Source of the DNA: a virus
Virus record (IMG/VR): IMGVR_UViG_3300044980_000010
Location: 1 to 64,000 of that record
DNA length: 64,000 nucleotides
Strand: one strand, 5' to 3'
Below are positions 10,879 to 21,769 of the stretch, piece after piece. The notes beneath the pieces were generated by a model that was not told the origin of the DNA, ran no database searches, and saw only the letters and a list, made by a program, of their open reading frames with translations. The translations under genes were made by a program, and so were the position numbers. Positions within the stretch are counted from its first letter, which is position 1. Each line of letters starts with the position of its first letter.

Positions 10879-11789
10879 CCATCAGGTACTCATGGTATCC
10901 CAAGCCGCACCAAGCACAGAATCTTCAGCAGCAAGTCTCTGGACCCAAGTGCAAAGGGTGCGGAGCATTCACAACGTACAAGCGCGTAAACACGCACGGC
11001 TTGTGCATGAAGTGCGAGTGTGAGTTCACACAGGAGGTGTACATGATGCAGCCACAACGCTGCTACGAGTTCAAGGTGGATGGGTGCGGCAAGCTGGTCT
11101 ACAAAGACTCGCAAGGCAACATCCGCAATCGTCTAAACGGCTGGCGTCACGTCTGCACAGGCGAAGATGTTGTGCAGGGAGTAGTATCACTATCCAGCGT
11201 GCTCCAACGTGTCGCGCCTGCACCTGCTAGTGATTATTTCAGAAACATCACACCAACAAAGTGCGAAGGCTTTTCCTGTGAAGCTTGGGTGTACCAGAAC
11301 AAAGACTACCCCGGTACGTGGTATGGGTACAACACGGGTGTTGCCCACACTTGTACCACAGGCCAACTGAAGTTAACAACCATTCCATCATTCGCAAAGG
11401 AGCGAACCATGAACAACAACGTGAAAGTCATTAGCACTCCCGCTCGCGGTATCTCTGCCTCTTCTCTCAGCATCGGAGAGTACGGGCGCATTGTTGGCAA
11501 CCACTCGCATGTCGGTGATGTTGTGCTGAAGGCTGGCACACTCGTGGTCAACCTCTCAACTCCCAGCATCGTGTGGGATTCACCGTTCTCCGCGCCGTTT
11601 GTTGAACGTCTGAAGACGGGCGACAAGGTGGAGATCACGGTCGGATTCACGCCGGAGTTTGAAGAGTGCATCCGCAACGAAGCACAGCGCGGCAACAAGA
11701 TCATGGCGATCAAGTCCGTGCGCGAAGCGACGAACTGGGGCTTGAAAGAGGCCAAGGATTACGTCGAAGCACTTCTGTTAAAGTTCTAG
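10875..11789 (+). CDS. Cys/His-rich protein ending in a ribosomal protein L7/L12 C-terminal-like domain; internal in-frame starts at 11043 and 11409
   Basis: C-terminus GNKIMAIKSVREATNWGLKEAKDYVE matches the bL12 CTD signature KIxxIKxVRxxTxxGLKEAKxxVE. Confidence 0.75.
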   Translation: MTIRYSWYPKPHQAQNLQQQVSGPKCKGCGAFTTYKRVNTHGLCMKCECEFTQEVYMMQPQRCYEFKVDGCGKLVYKDSQGNIRNRLNGWRHVCTGEDVVQGVVSLSSVLQRVAPAPASDYFRNITPTKCEGFSCEAWVYQNKDYPGTWYGYNTGVAHTCTTGQLKLTTIPSFAKERTMNNNVKVISTPARGISASSLSIGEYGRIVGNHSHVGDVVLKAGTLVVNLSTPSIVWDSPFSAPFVERLKTGDKVEITVGFTPEFEECIRNEAQRGNKIMAIKSVREATNWGLKEAKDYVEALLLKF

Positions 11790-11798
11790 GAGGAGACT

Positions 11799-12065
11799 AT
11801 GGCAATAAGCGCAGATTACAACACCATACCTGAGTCTGCGCTTGTTGCGCTGGCTTTTCTGATCTTGAAGCGTACGCACTTGAGCCTGCTTGTCGCTAAC
11901 CGTGAGCAGGCCATTGCGGTTATCCGTGGCGTTAAACCTGCACCGCCACGCAAACAACCTTTGAGTGTAAAACAAGTTGTGCCTTTATGTGCAGTGTGCC
12001 ATAGGCCCTTACCTGTGGGAACTTTGTGCGATCCACACGGACGCATGCACATAGCATGTAGCTAA
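11799..12065 (+). CDS. Hypothetical protein with C-terminal Zn motif
   Basis: SD GGAGG; CAVC...H..C. Confidence 0.5.
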   Translation: MAISADYNTIPESALVALAFLILKRTHLSLLVANREQAIAVIRGVKPAPPRKQPLSVKQVVPLCAVCHRPLPVGTLCDPHGRMHIACS

Positions 12066-12092
12066 AGCAACTACCGCTAGGAGAACACGACG

Positions 12093-13028
12093 ATGAAACC
12101 AGAGCATCGCCCGAACTACGCAAACACTGTTACGCACCTCAAGGAGTTCATCAACCCACGTGAAGCGAAGAAGATCGTGGAACAGTCGGTGCGCTACTTG
12201 CGCCGCCTTGAGGAGCAAGGCTTGGAGTTCACCACCATTGCTTTCCGTGGCTTGTCCGGCGCATTGATAGCGCCGTCGATTGCTATGGAGATGGACAAGA
12301 GTCTGCTTGCTGTCCGCAAAGTGAAGCGCACAGGGCACGGCAGCAATCCAGTCGAAGGTGATTACAACGCTGGCAAATACATCATCGTGGATGACTTCAT
12401 TGCCACAGGCGATACGTGCCACGAGATTATGCAAGAGATCGACGAGTGCTACAGCATGAAGTACAACGGCGGCACAGCCGTTTGTGTAGGCGTGCTGCAA
12501 GCATACTTCTTCGCGCACCCAGAGTGCCGGGAGTTCCGAGGACACCCCGACATCTTCGACACAACTCTGGTCAATGGCTGGCATCAAGAACAGAGCAGGC
12601 GGCGACAGCGCCAGCAAGAGCAGGCCAAAGAAGAGCGCATGAAGACCGAGCAGGCCATCGCACGGATGAGAAAAACACAAGAGGAACCACGCTGTGAAGT
12701 CAGCATGAATGCCGAAGGGAGATCGACATGGCCGAGCAAGACATACGCGGAGATCGACAGGGACTCTTGGGACCAGTGCAGGTACATGGGACTGTTCAGG
12801 AGCGAACCGAGATCACTCAGCAGCCTGCTGGACATCATGGGACTGCCACCGGAACCGAAACGGCTGGAAGCACCGAAGGGACCGCTGAAGACGTACGTGG
12901 CGAAGGAGAAAGCACGCCTTGCGAAGCTGAAGTCCGACAGGGACAACTTCAACGCACGGATGTCCACAGGCCCTCAGCGATCATTCCCGAGGATTACCAG
13001 TTCGTCGCTCAGGAATATCTCAAGGTAG
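12093..13028 (+). CDS. Type I phosphoribosyltransferase-fold protein
   Basis: GLSGALIA, AVRK, and PRPP-binding loop YIIVDDFIATGDT. Confidence 0.8.
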   Translation: MKPEHRPNYANTVTHLKEFINPREAKKIVEQSVRYLRRLEEQGLEFTTIAFRGLSGALIAPSIAMEMDKSLLAVRKVKRTGHGSNPVEGDYNAGKYIIVDDFIATGDTCHEIMQEIDECYSMKYNGGTAVCVGVLQAYFFAHPECREFRGHPDIFDTTLVNGWHQEQSRRRQRQQEQAKEERMKTEQAIARMRKTQEEPRCEVSMNAEGRSTWPSKTYAEIDRDSWDQCRYMGLFRSEPRSLSSLLDIMGLPPEPKRLEAPKGPLKTYVAKEKARLAKLKSDRDNFNARMSTGPQRSFPRITSSSLRNISR

Positions 13029-13948
13029 AAGACCTTGGGACTGCTTTGTTCCTGAAGGCAGAGCGCGAGAAGATTCAGGCGCACATGGCGAACACTGGTG
13101 GGCGCTACAGTGGTCACGAGCACGGTGGAAACTGCATGGTGTGCGGCAGCGTCAACGCGCTGTACACTATGCTCTTCTACCATGCGAAGACCAACACCTA
13201 CGTACGCATGGGCACCGAGTGCGCCGACAAAGTTTACAATGGCGCAGACTTCGGAATGAATCAGTTCAAGCGCAACGTTCTGGACGCACGAGAGAACCAG
13301 CGCGGCAAGAGCAAAGCACGCTTGCTGCTGGCCGATGCTGGCGTGCCTGCCGCGTACGACATCTACGCAGCCGACTACGACTCACTGCCGCGTGACCCCA
13401 AGACGATAGTGAACCGTGCGGAGAAGCTGGATGAGTTCGGTGCAGTGATTCAGGAGGCGTACCACTTCGCCGGAGACACGTTCTACGAAGAGCGCACAAT
13501 CCGCGACATCGTTGGCAGGCTGGTGAAGTATGGCAGCGTCAACGAAGCGCAGATGAATCTGGTCAAGCAACTGACGGAGCGCATCCCCGACCGCGACCGT
13601 CGCAATGCTGAATGGGAAGCCAAGCGCAAAGCGGAGAAAGAAGCCGCAGCGCCGTGTCCCAAAGGGCGCGTGAAAGTCGAAGGCACCGTGTTGAAGGTGG
13701 AGGAGCGCGAGACTCAGTGGGGATTCCGCACAGTGATGACAGTGAAGGCGACCGATGGTTTTGTACTTTGGGGCAGCGTTCCGTCCAACGTCATTGTCGA
13801 GAAGGACTGCAAGATAGTGTTCGTTGCAACTATAGAACCGAGTGAACAAGATGCAAAGTTCGGATTCTTCAAACGACCTGTGCTCTACATGACACCGGAA
13901 GAGAAGAAGGCGCTGAAAGCAGCACAAGCTAACATCACGCTTGATTAA
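12728..13948 (+). CDS. Hypothetical protein with Zn ribbon and C-terminal OB-fold-like domain (start uncertain)
   Basis: CMVCG...MGTECA; C-terminal GRVKVEGTV...GFFKRP. Confidence 0.6.
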   Translation: MAEQDIRGDRQGLLGPVQVHGTVQERTEITQQPAGHHGTATGTETAGSTEGTAEDVRGEGESTPCEAEVRQGQLQRTDVHRPSAIIPEDYQFVAQEYLKVEDLGTALFLKAEREKIQAHMANTGGRYSGHEHGGNCMVCGSVNALYTMLFYHAKTNTYVRMGTECADKVYNGADFGMNQFKRNVLDARENQRGKSKARLLLADAGVPAAYDIYAADYDSLPRDPKTIVNRAEKLDEFGAVIQEAYHFAGDTFYEERTIRDIVGRLVKYGSVNEAQMNLVKQLTERIPDRDRRNAEWEAKRKAEKEAAAPCPKGRVKVEGTVLKVEERETQWGFRTVMTVKATDGFVLWGSVPSNVIVEKDCKIVFVATIEPSEQDAKFGFFKRPVLYMTPEEKKALKAAQANITLD

Positions 13949-14291
13949 AGGAGGCACTATGCACACGCTGATTGTTGTTCTAGTAGCGTTAGCTGTTCTC
14001 GTGATAGGATTCACAGTGGGACTGTGCATCACCGCGAAGCAAGCTGACGAAGCCATTTACAGAGCACTGCGCGAGCAGGTTGAAGAGAGAACCTGCACGC
14101 GGCCTGCGCCACACATCTGCAAAATCAACGGCCCATGCAATGGGTACCCAAAGGAGAAGCAACGATGAAAGACAAGCAAGTTCTCAGCCACAAGCAGAAG
14201 AGAGTCGCACGGAAACTCTTCAAGAAGCAACCACACTCAACTCGTCCGTTCACCAGCGCGGACTACGCAGCGTTGCCGAAGGGAGGCGACC

Positions 14292-14720
14292 TTGAATAGA
14301 CCGTTCAACCTCTCAGAGGCACTCGCCGGGAAACCTGTGGTCAATGGTCACGGTGAGAAGGTGATGAACATCACAAAGTTCCCAGTAAACGCCGTATACA
14401 CCATATACGGTGTGTTGCACGCAAATAATGAAACTTCGGTGGAGTCGTACACAGCCGAAGGCGTGTTCGTAATTAGCAACCCAAACAGCTCATCCAATCT
14501 ATTCATGGTCGATCCGGTGGATAAGCGCACAGGCTATGTCAACATCTGGCAGAATAGCGACAATTACCCTCCGGTCTACGCGAATTTTCATTACTCACTG
14601 GAACAAGCCGAAGCCGAGCGCACCAGTAGCTGCTCCAACAAGAAAAAGGTTCTGCTGGCGCGTCTGTCGTTTGAGTACACATTTAATCAGGACACCAAGG
14701 AGATCAAAATCAAAACTTAA
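14292..14720 (+). CDS. Phage hypothetical protein (PFNLxxALAGKPV family)
   Basis: Recognisable phage N-terminal motif; SD GGAGG. Confidence 0.6.
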   Translation: MNRPFNLSEALAGKPVVNGHGEKVMNITKFPVNAVYTIYGVLHANNETSVESYTAEGVFVISNPNSSSNLFMVDPVDKRTGYVNIWQNSDNYPPVYANFHYSLEQAEAERTSSCSNKKKVLLARLSFEYTFNQDTKEIKIKT

Positions 14721-14733
14721 AAAACAGTGCAGG

Positions 14734-14818
14734 GACATCCTGCACGATGTGCCTGTGTCCCCGTGTGGAGCACTAAACTGGTAGGGATACGTCCAACAGG
14801 CATGTCGTGGAGGGTGTC
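14734..14818 (+). ncRNA. Long-stem RNA element D
   Basis: 14734-14756 pairs with 14796-14818 (23 positions, 3 G-U, 1 mismatch). Confidence 0.6.
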
Positions 14819-15073
14819 AACATGCTGATCGGATTTGTACTTGGAATTATATTCACCTTGCTTTTGATGAAGAGGAGATAACATGCGTTTAGTGACGCTT
14901 GTTCTGGCTCTGCTAACCGTGGTGCACAACAGAGCAGACCGTGTGGCAGTCATCCGTAGCAATCAAATGATCGTGGCTTTTACAGATGGCATGTTGTGCT
15001 ACGGTACGTACGCTCCACGCGAACCTGTGTGCCACAAAGCCGTACCAAAGCCTACTTACAAGGAGATTAAATA

Positions 15074-15997
15074 ATGCCATTCAAACCGATGCTGGCTCCC
15101 AATGAGACGCCGGACTTCAACACGCTGCGTTTCCCTTTCTTAGCCTCGACTAAACTGGATGGCATCCGCGCCACGCTACAGGGTGGAGTCCTCCTGAGCC
15201 GGAGCCTTAAGCCCATTCCCAACAAGTTCGTACAGGAACGCTTCACCAACCTCGGATTACCTGAAGGTCTGGATGGTGAGTTAATCTGCGGCGATCCGTT
15301 CAGCGATCCGTACAAACGCACTCACAGCATAGTAATGAGCGATGACAAACCGCTGGACTTCTACGGCGACACCATGCGCTGGAACATCTTCGACCGCTAC
15401 AATGAGAAACTCGGCTTCTCATTGCGGTATAGTGATGTGCTGTGTACCATCAACAGCGCCTCGCATGAAGTTCGCAGCGTGGTGAAACTTGTGGAACACA
15501 ACAAACTCACCAGTATTGACGAACTAGAAAACTACGAGCGCAGTGTTCTGGCGATGGGTTTTGAAGGTGTCATGCTCCGCAGCGTGGATGGCCCGTACAA
15601 GCAAGGCCGCGCCACACTGGGACAGGGCTGGCTCCTAAAGGTGAAGCGGTATCAGGAAGCCGAAGCACTCATCTTGGACACTTACGCGGAGATGGAGAAT
15701 ACCAATGAAGAGTTTACTAACGAATTGGGCCGAACGGCTCGTTCGTCTGCGAAAGCTGGGAAGGTTGCAAAAGATCAGCTTGGCGGGTTCCACGTCGTCG
15801 GGCAAGGCGCGTTCTACAACGGGATCGACTTCGATGTCCCGAACTCCAGCATCACGCACGAAGAGCGCAAAGAACTGTGGAAGAAGCGCGACGATCTGAA
15901 AGGAAAGTTGCTGGTCTACAAGTTCTTCCCGTGTGGCAGCGACGTGCGGCCACGGCACCCAGTGTTCAAATGGTTCAGAGATCGGAGGGACGTGTGA
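15074..15997 (+). CDS. ATP-dependent DNA ligase
   Basis: Motif I KLDGIR, LDGEL, EGVMLR, LLKVK and C-terminal OB domain RHPVF. Confidence 0.92.
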   Translation: MPFKPMLAPNETPDFNTLRFPFLASTKLDGIRATLQGGVLLSRSLKPIPNKFVQERFTNLGLPEGLDGELICGDPFSDPYKRTHSIVMSDDKPLDFYGDTMRWNIFDRYNEKLGFSLRYSDVLCTINSASHEVRSVVKLVEHNKLTSIDELENYERSVLAMGFEGVMLRSVDGPYKQGRATLGQGWLLKVKRYQEAEALILDTYAEMENTNEEFTNELGRTARSSAKAGKVAKDQLGGFHVVGQGAFYNGIDFDVPNSSITHEERKELWKKRDDLKGKLLVYKFFPCGSDVRPRHPVFKWFRDRRDV

Positions 15998-16811
15998 GCA
16001 CCTGCACAGTTTGCTTTGTACTCCACGATGAGGAAGTGCCTCTATCGTCTGACGGAGGATGCTTGTGTTGCCAGTCAAACCACGAGCCTTTCTGTGCTTG
16101 TGGTGTGGCTGGTAACGTAGGGCCTGATCCGTACAGCAGCGACGTGGACAACGATGACGAACCCTGCATACTTTGCGACGAGTGTGCAGAGACCAGAAGG
16201 GACGATATATGAGCATGGTGAGAGTGGTCCGGGTCGAACTCACGTACATCGTGAAGGGCGACAACGAAGCAGCATTCAAACAGGGCGTGGCGGCACTGAC
16301 GCACGCCTTCGACAAATACCAAGGACGCACTGAAAGCATCTCAAGCTGCGGCAGAGAAGGTAGCAGCGAAGCGATCTGTGCATCACCCACGCCGAACATA
16401 GTAGTGGAGGGACAGTGAAAGTCGTACACCTACTGCTGCTCATCTGCTTCTTCGTACTCACCCTGACCGTCTACCATCAAGGTGAGACGATCACAGCACA
16501 ACGACAACTGATCCGAGAGATGACACGCAACCCTCAGTGTCTGATCCCGAAGGAGTAAAATGGAAGACGCAAGAGACAAGCGCAAGGAGTGGACGAACAT
16601 CAGAATGCAGCGCGTGCTGTCTAGGCCGTTCTGTCCGAAGTGCTACCTATTCTTGGAGGAGCACGACGACGAAGCCTGCGACATGCGCTGGGAGGAGGAC
16701 AAGCCTGTATGTGCTACATCTGCACCGAAGCTGCCGTCGCTGGAGTCGCTGCAATCGCTGGATGGCGACTCTGGTTTTTCCGGCTCACAGCGATCTTGAG
16801 AAAGTTAAGAA

Positions 16812-17138
16812 ATGAACAAAGCATATAAAGCTGCATGGGCCAGCAGATGGAGAAAGAAACACCGAAAGACTGTGAACGACAGCAAACGTGTGGCCTACCA
16901 CAAGAAGAAAGTACGAGCCATAAAGTTCCTTGGTGGTAAATGTCGAAGCTGCAAACTGAAGTACAACGGAAAGAATGCCGCAGCATTTGAGTTTCACCAT
17001 CGTAAACCCAAGACAAAACTGTTTGCAGTTGGGAACAAAGTCATAACCTACAGTTGGACTAGGATTAAAAGAGAACTGAAGAAGTGCGACTTGACCTGTG
17101 CAAACTGTCACAATATACACCACGGAGGTGAGTGGTAA
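16812..17138 (+). CDS. HNH endonuclease-like protein
   Basis: GGKCRSC...FEFHH...ELKKCDLTCANCH; basic N-terminus. Confidence 0.75.
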   Translation: MNKAYKAAWASRWRKKHRKTVNDSKRVAYHKKKVRAIKFLGGKCRSCKLKYNGKNAAAFEFHHRKPKTKLFAVGNKVITYSWTRIKRELKKCDLTCANCHNIHHGGEW

Positions 17139-18367
17139 TGGATAACCTTTTCGACGTGATTGATGCTGGGAATGGGAGAATCATCAAAGCATGGAAGCGC
17201 GGTGTCCCTTTCGAGGAGGCCGCTGTAGAGCAGTTAAAGAAAACTGCACAATTGCCGTTTGTGTTTAAGCACATAGCGGCTATGCCAGATACTCATTTAG
17301 GCATAGGTGCAACTATCGGGACTGTGTTGCCAACCAAAGGTGCGTGTGTACCAAGCGCCGTAGGCGTGGACTTAGGCTGCGGCATGATCGCAGAGCGCAC
17401 CACGCTGAAGCTGTCGGACCTGAACGGTATCAGCCTGCCGGGACTACGCTTGGCGATTGAAGCGGCAGTACCATGCGGACGCACCAACAACGGTGGGCCG
17501 GGAGATCGCGGAGCATGGCACAACGTGCCGGACGACATCTCCATGGTGTGGACGCGGGAGTTCAACACGCCGTACGAGGAGATGTGCGAGAGGATTCCCG
17601 GCATGCGAGCACGCAACACACGCACGCAACTGGGAACGCTGGGCACTGGGAATCACTTCATCGAACTGACGACCGATGAGGAAGGCTTTGTGTGGATCGT
17701 GCTGCACTCCGGCTCACGTGGTTTGGGCAACAAGATCGGTACGTACTTCACCAATGTTGCCAAAGACCTGTGCGATAAGTGGAGCATTACGCTGCCTGAC
17801 CCAGACCTCGCGTACCTTCCCATCCACACGCAGGAGTTCAAGGACTACAAGGATGCGGTGACTCTGGCGCAGAAGTTTGCGTGGGAGAATCGCCTCATCA
17901 TGCTGGGCCAAGTCAAGAACGTCCTGTCGCGCACTGGTCTGGTGTTCGACAAGAAGCTGCTCGTTCACTGTCACCACAACTACATCTCTTGGGAGAGACA
18001 CTTTGGCGAAAACATCATGGTCACTCGCAAAGGTGCAGTCCGTGTGCAGAGCGGTGAACTCGGAATCATTCCGGGTTCTATGGGCGCACGCACCTACATC
18101 GTCGAAGGTTTGGGAAATCGTGAATCGTTCTGTACGTGCTCTCATGGCGCAGGACGTGCGATGGGCCGCAAGGCCGCTGAACGAACCTTTACTGTTGCTG
18201 AACACGCAGCAGCCACCGCTGGGATCGAGTGCGACAAAACTGCGGATACGCTGGATGAAACGCCGCGAGCCTACAAAGACATCGAAGCTGTCATGGCCGC
18301 ACAGGCGGATATTGTGAAGCCGCTGTTCATCCTCAAACAGTTCCTCAACGTGAAAGGAAAGAAATAA
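17138..18367 (+). CDS. rtcB: RtcB RNA ligase
   Basis: MPDTHLG, VGVDLGCG, QLGTLGTGNHF, LHSGSRG, HHNY, IIPGSMG, SHGAGR, DETP.AYK. Confidence 0.95.
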   Translation: MDNLFDVIDAGNGRIIKAWKRGVPFEEAAVEQLKKTAQLPFVFKHIAAMPDTHLGIGATIGTVLPTKGACVPSAVGVDLGCGMIAERTTLKLSDLNGISLPGLRLAIEAAVPCGRTNNGGPGDRGAWHNVPDDISMVWTREFNTPYEEMCERIPGMRARNTRTQLGTLGTGNHFIELTTDEEGFVWIVLHSGSRGLGNKIGTYFTNVAKDLCDKWSITLPDPDLAYLPIHTQEFKDYKDAVTLAQKFAWENRLIMLGQVKNVLSRTGLVFDKKLLVHCHHNYISWERHFGENIMVTRKGAVRVQSGELGIIPGSMGARTYIVEGLGNRESFCTCSHGAGRAMGRKAAERTFTVAEHAAATAGIECDKTADTLDETPRAYKDIEAVMAAQADIVKPLFILKQFLNVKGKK

Positions 18368-19081
18368 CCATGGCGAAACCAGTCGGACTGCAAAGCAAGC
18401 TGAAGGACAACTCGAAGAAGAAGTACCGCGAGCATGAAGAGTGGATGGTCGCCAAGAAAATCGGGCGGCGCAAACAGGTGTGGGTGTGGGACTTGAAACC
18501 ACTCACCGTCATCACACACGAAGGAGATCAGTCCACCATCACAGAGACAGGGTACGGTCACTGGGAGAAGGTGAGCGCCTGATGCCAGCGAAGATCACCT
18601 ACACTCCACTCTCTGGAACTTCAAGGAGCATCGCGGTGTTCCTTGAGGGAAAGAGAGTTGGGTCAATCACCCAGAGCGTCATCGACAGTCAGTGGCAGTA
18701 CTTCCCGAAGGGCGAGATGGAAGAGGGTGGAGACAAATTCCCCACACTCGCGCTCTGCAAGCAATCGCTGGAGGGAGACTGATGGCAGGCTGCGGAAAAC
18801 CTGACAACAATGGCAAAGTGGTGAGCGGAAGCCCACTGCTTTGCGGCACCAAGCTGTCGTACGGTGTGAACAAAGAACCCCGGCGCACGGAGATTCACCT
18901 GTGCCGAGAATGCGAGGCGAACAGTGGCAGTGGACACGACGCACAACTACAGTCTGGCAACTGACGACGAAGACTTCATCGAGTCTGAGCCGTGGTGGGA
19001 AGAAGAGGAAGACGACTTGTACGCAGATGAGGTAGAGAGCGAAGAAGAGGAATGGGAAAGGCAACAAAACGGCGAAGAACT

Positions 19082-19468
19082 ATGAGTCAGGTTGACCGTG
19101 GATTTGACGCAGCGTTTGCCGCGTCCGAACTGAGCGATGCTCCCCGCATTGGACTCAGGATGGGCGCGGCACTATTCTCTGGCTCTCGCATGCTGTCTGT
19201 GGGTGCCAACCTCTACAGGCGCACGCATCCAGCTTCAGCGCAGGCCGAGGGCTTCGCATACAGCACGCACTGCGAGCACGTGGCGCTACTGCGCCGCCAG
19301 CACTACGATACGCGCAGCAGACTGACGCTGTACGTAGCACGCCGTAAGTCAGACGGCAGCATCGGGAACTCTCGACCGTGTGTCAACTGCCTCAACCTGT
19401 GCAAGCTGGCCGGGGTCACACGCATCTGGTTCTACGAGTACGGGGTGCGGAAAGAGATGTCGCTCTGA
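19082..19468 (+). CDS. Zn-dependent cytidine/dCMP deaminase-fold protein
   Basis: HCE and SRPCVNC motifs, LYVAR strand. Confidence 0.8.
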   Translation: MSQVDRGFDAAFAASELSDAPRIGLRMGAALFSGSRMLSVGANLYRRTHPASAQAEGFAYSTHCEHVALLRRQHYDTRSRLTLYVARRKSDGSIGNSRPCVNCLNLCKLAGVTRIWFYEYGVRKEMSL

Positions 19469-19488
19469 GCCGCATAAACACTGGGGTA

Positions 19489-19517
19489 TTGCATATAGCA
19501 CGAAAGTGTGGTATCAT
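19489..19517 (+). promoter_or_regulatory. Sigma70-type promoter starting the replication block
   Basis: TTGCAT-17 bp-TATCAT with extended TG. Confidence 0.6.
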
Positions 19518-19771
19518 GGTTAAGTCCAAAGGAGCCGAACAATGGTCAAGGTAGTCACAATCGACGCAACGTTCCCAGAACTGAAATCCGGCGCGATGTA
19601 CCAGACTGGCCGAGGGCGCGGCAGTTCTGTGCGTGTGGCCGGGGCGCGAGCCTTTGCCAACCTCCTGCGCCAGCCCAAGCTACGCGGCAAGAAGGGCATC
19701 ACCATGTTCAAAGCCACGGTCTCTATCGGGACCGAGGCTGAAGTTGTCGAGAGCACACCGGAGGCTCAACA

Positions 19772-21112
19772 GTGAAGTTGAAGCTGAAAGACATTTTGCC
19801 GAACCCGTTCCGTGATCTGAAAGCCAACCCGCTGATCGAGGAGAAGATCGCGGAGTTGGTAGGTTCGATCAACCTCACTGGGTTCTGGGACAACGTAGTC
19901 GTGCGAAAGAACGCCGATGGCAAGTACGAACTAGCGTACGGTCATCACCGTCTTGCCGCAGCGATTCGCGCTGGTCTCATAGAGGCTGACTTCATCGTGA
20001 AGAAGCTGGACGATGCCACGATGATCCAGATCATGGACAACGAGAACCGAGACACCTACGGTTCCACTCCCGCATCACTCATTGAATCCGTCAAAGCGAT
20101 TGTCACTGCGCTGGCTGCTGGCTCTATTCCAGCTTTCGCCGTAGCAGAGAAGACGAACGCGCAGTACATCTGCTATGCGCCTTCTTTCGTTCCGGGCATG
20201 CGTCCCCAATCTGGGGACGGACACCCCTACACGACACTGCACATCGCTCAGTTCCTAGGCCGCACAAAGAAGAACGGCACGGAAGCTGAGAACAGCGTGG
20301 TGGCGGCACTGAATGCGCTGTACCTCAAGGAGCGCGGACGCTTCAGCGACTCCATGCTGGTCACAAAGGATCGCACAGGGGCGAAGGTTCCTGTCACCAC
20401 TAACGAACTGCTGAAGATGACTGCCGACATCAAGCGCGATGTTGTGGCAGTCGATGCACGCGCAGCAGAACGTAAGCAGACAGCAGCGGAGTTCGATAAG
20501 CAGCAGCGTGCTATCCAAGCACAACTGAAAGCTGTCGCCGCAGAAGCTGAAACTGCTCGCAAGAAGTTAGTGTCCGATCTGGCGAAAGCCAAGGTGGAGG
20601 AGAACAAGCCCAAGGTTGCCGAGATCAAGGAGAAGATCGCGGAGAAAGAGCAGTACGCTGTAGAGAAGAAACTCGACCTTGAAGTGCGAGCGGCTGAACT
20701 CGATAAGCGTGTCGAGCAGCGCAAGCTGCAAGAAGCTGCCGCGAAGAAAGAGGACGCCTACCTCCCTATCAAACGTGAGGTGGAGCGCATCCTGCACAAG
20801 CTGGAAGGCGAAACAGCCACAACGAAAGAAGCACTGGTCGCGGAGATCAAGTCCTTAGCTCGCCAGCCCATGAACAACACGGACAGGGAGCGACTGCGAC
20901 AAGCTGCACTGAACTACGGCACATGGTACTGCGAGTGGGCAGCACAGCAGTTCTTGCCACCTCTCACCAGCGGCAGTAAGAAGCTGAATGAGTACCGCAG
21001 CCGAGAAGCAGCGAACCGACGCGCCGCCGAGGCGAAAGCCGAACGTGAGCGCGAGAAGGCCGAGCGTAAAGCCGCAAAGGAGAAGAAAAAAGTTGCTCAA
21101 CCTAAAAAGTGA
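19772..21112 (+). CDS. ParB/Srx N-terminal domain protein with long coiled coil
   Basis: PNPFR...LVGSI..TG...YELAYGHHRLAA...EN; K/E/A-rich C-terminal half. Confidence 0.8.
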   Translation: MKLKLKDILPNPFRDLKANPLIEEKIAELVGSINLTGFWDNVVVRKNADGKYELAYGHHRLAAAIRAGLIEADFIVKKLDDATMIQIMDNENRDTYGSTPASLIESVKAIVTALAAGSIPAFAVAEKTNAQYICYAPSFVPGMRPQSGDGHPYTTLHIAQFLGRTKKNGTEAENSVVAALNALYLKERGRFSDSMLVTKDRTGAKVPVTTNELLKMTADIKRDVVAVDARAAERKQTAAEFDKQQRAIQAQLKAVAAEAETARKKLVSDLAKAKVEENKPKVAEIKEKIAEKEQYAVEKKLDLEVRAAELDKRVEQRKLQEAAAKKEDAYLPIKREVERILHKLEGETATTKEALVAEIKSLARQPMNNTDRERLRQAALNYGTWYCEWAAQQFLPPLTSGSKKLNEYRSREAANRRAAEAKAEREREKAERKAAKEKKKVAQPKK

Positions 21113-21769
21113 CAGCATCAACAACAGCCGAGTGAATGACAACGATGTGATTGGCAGCTTCTGCGGCCAGCGCATTGTCACCATCGACGAGATCGGAGCA
21201 GAGGCCGACGATGAGGCTGACCTCTACCTGCGGCTCATGTCGAGTACACACACAAGCGTTCCAGCAGAGATTCTGCCGGGAGAAGAGCGGTGCGCGGACG
21301 GCATCATCCGGCGCGTGACCACAGCAGAAGCCGTGGGCTACGACAACTACCACAACCAAGAGCAGATCGAGAAGGGCCAGAAGCGCGGAGGTCTCGCACT
21401 TGGCAAACTCGCATCGCTGGCTGGCAAGATGGTGTACTGGCGTCCTAACCGTGCGACGATTGAAGTCTACGCGGTGGGCACAGAGCTACCTTGCTTGAAG
21501 AGTGAACCCGAACCGTTCGTCCTGATCGTCGATGAGGGTGACTGATGCTCAAACCCTTAGGAGAGGAGCAGGCCGACATGCGAGCACGTTGGTCTGATCC
21601 TGCCTACAGGTGGGCCAACGATTCAGAACTAAGACGCCGTTACTCAAAGGAGTTTCGACATGACGGAAACAAACCGGAAGTACCTAGCAGCGTGCAGGGC
21701 GCAGGCGGCGAAGTTGAACAAGGAGTACAAGCAGAAAGTGCTCCGCGAGAAGAAGGAGAACGCGAGTAA

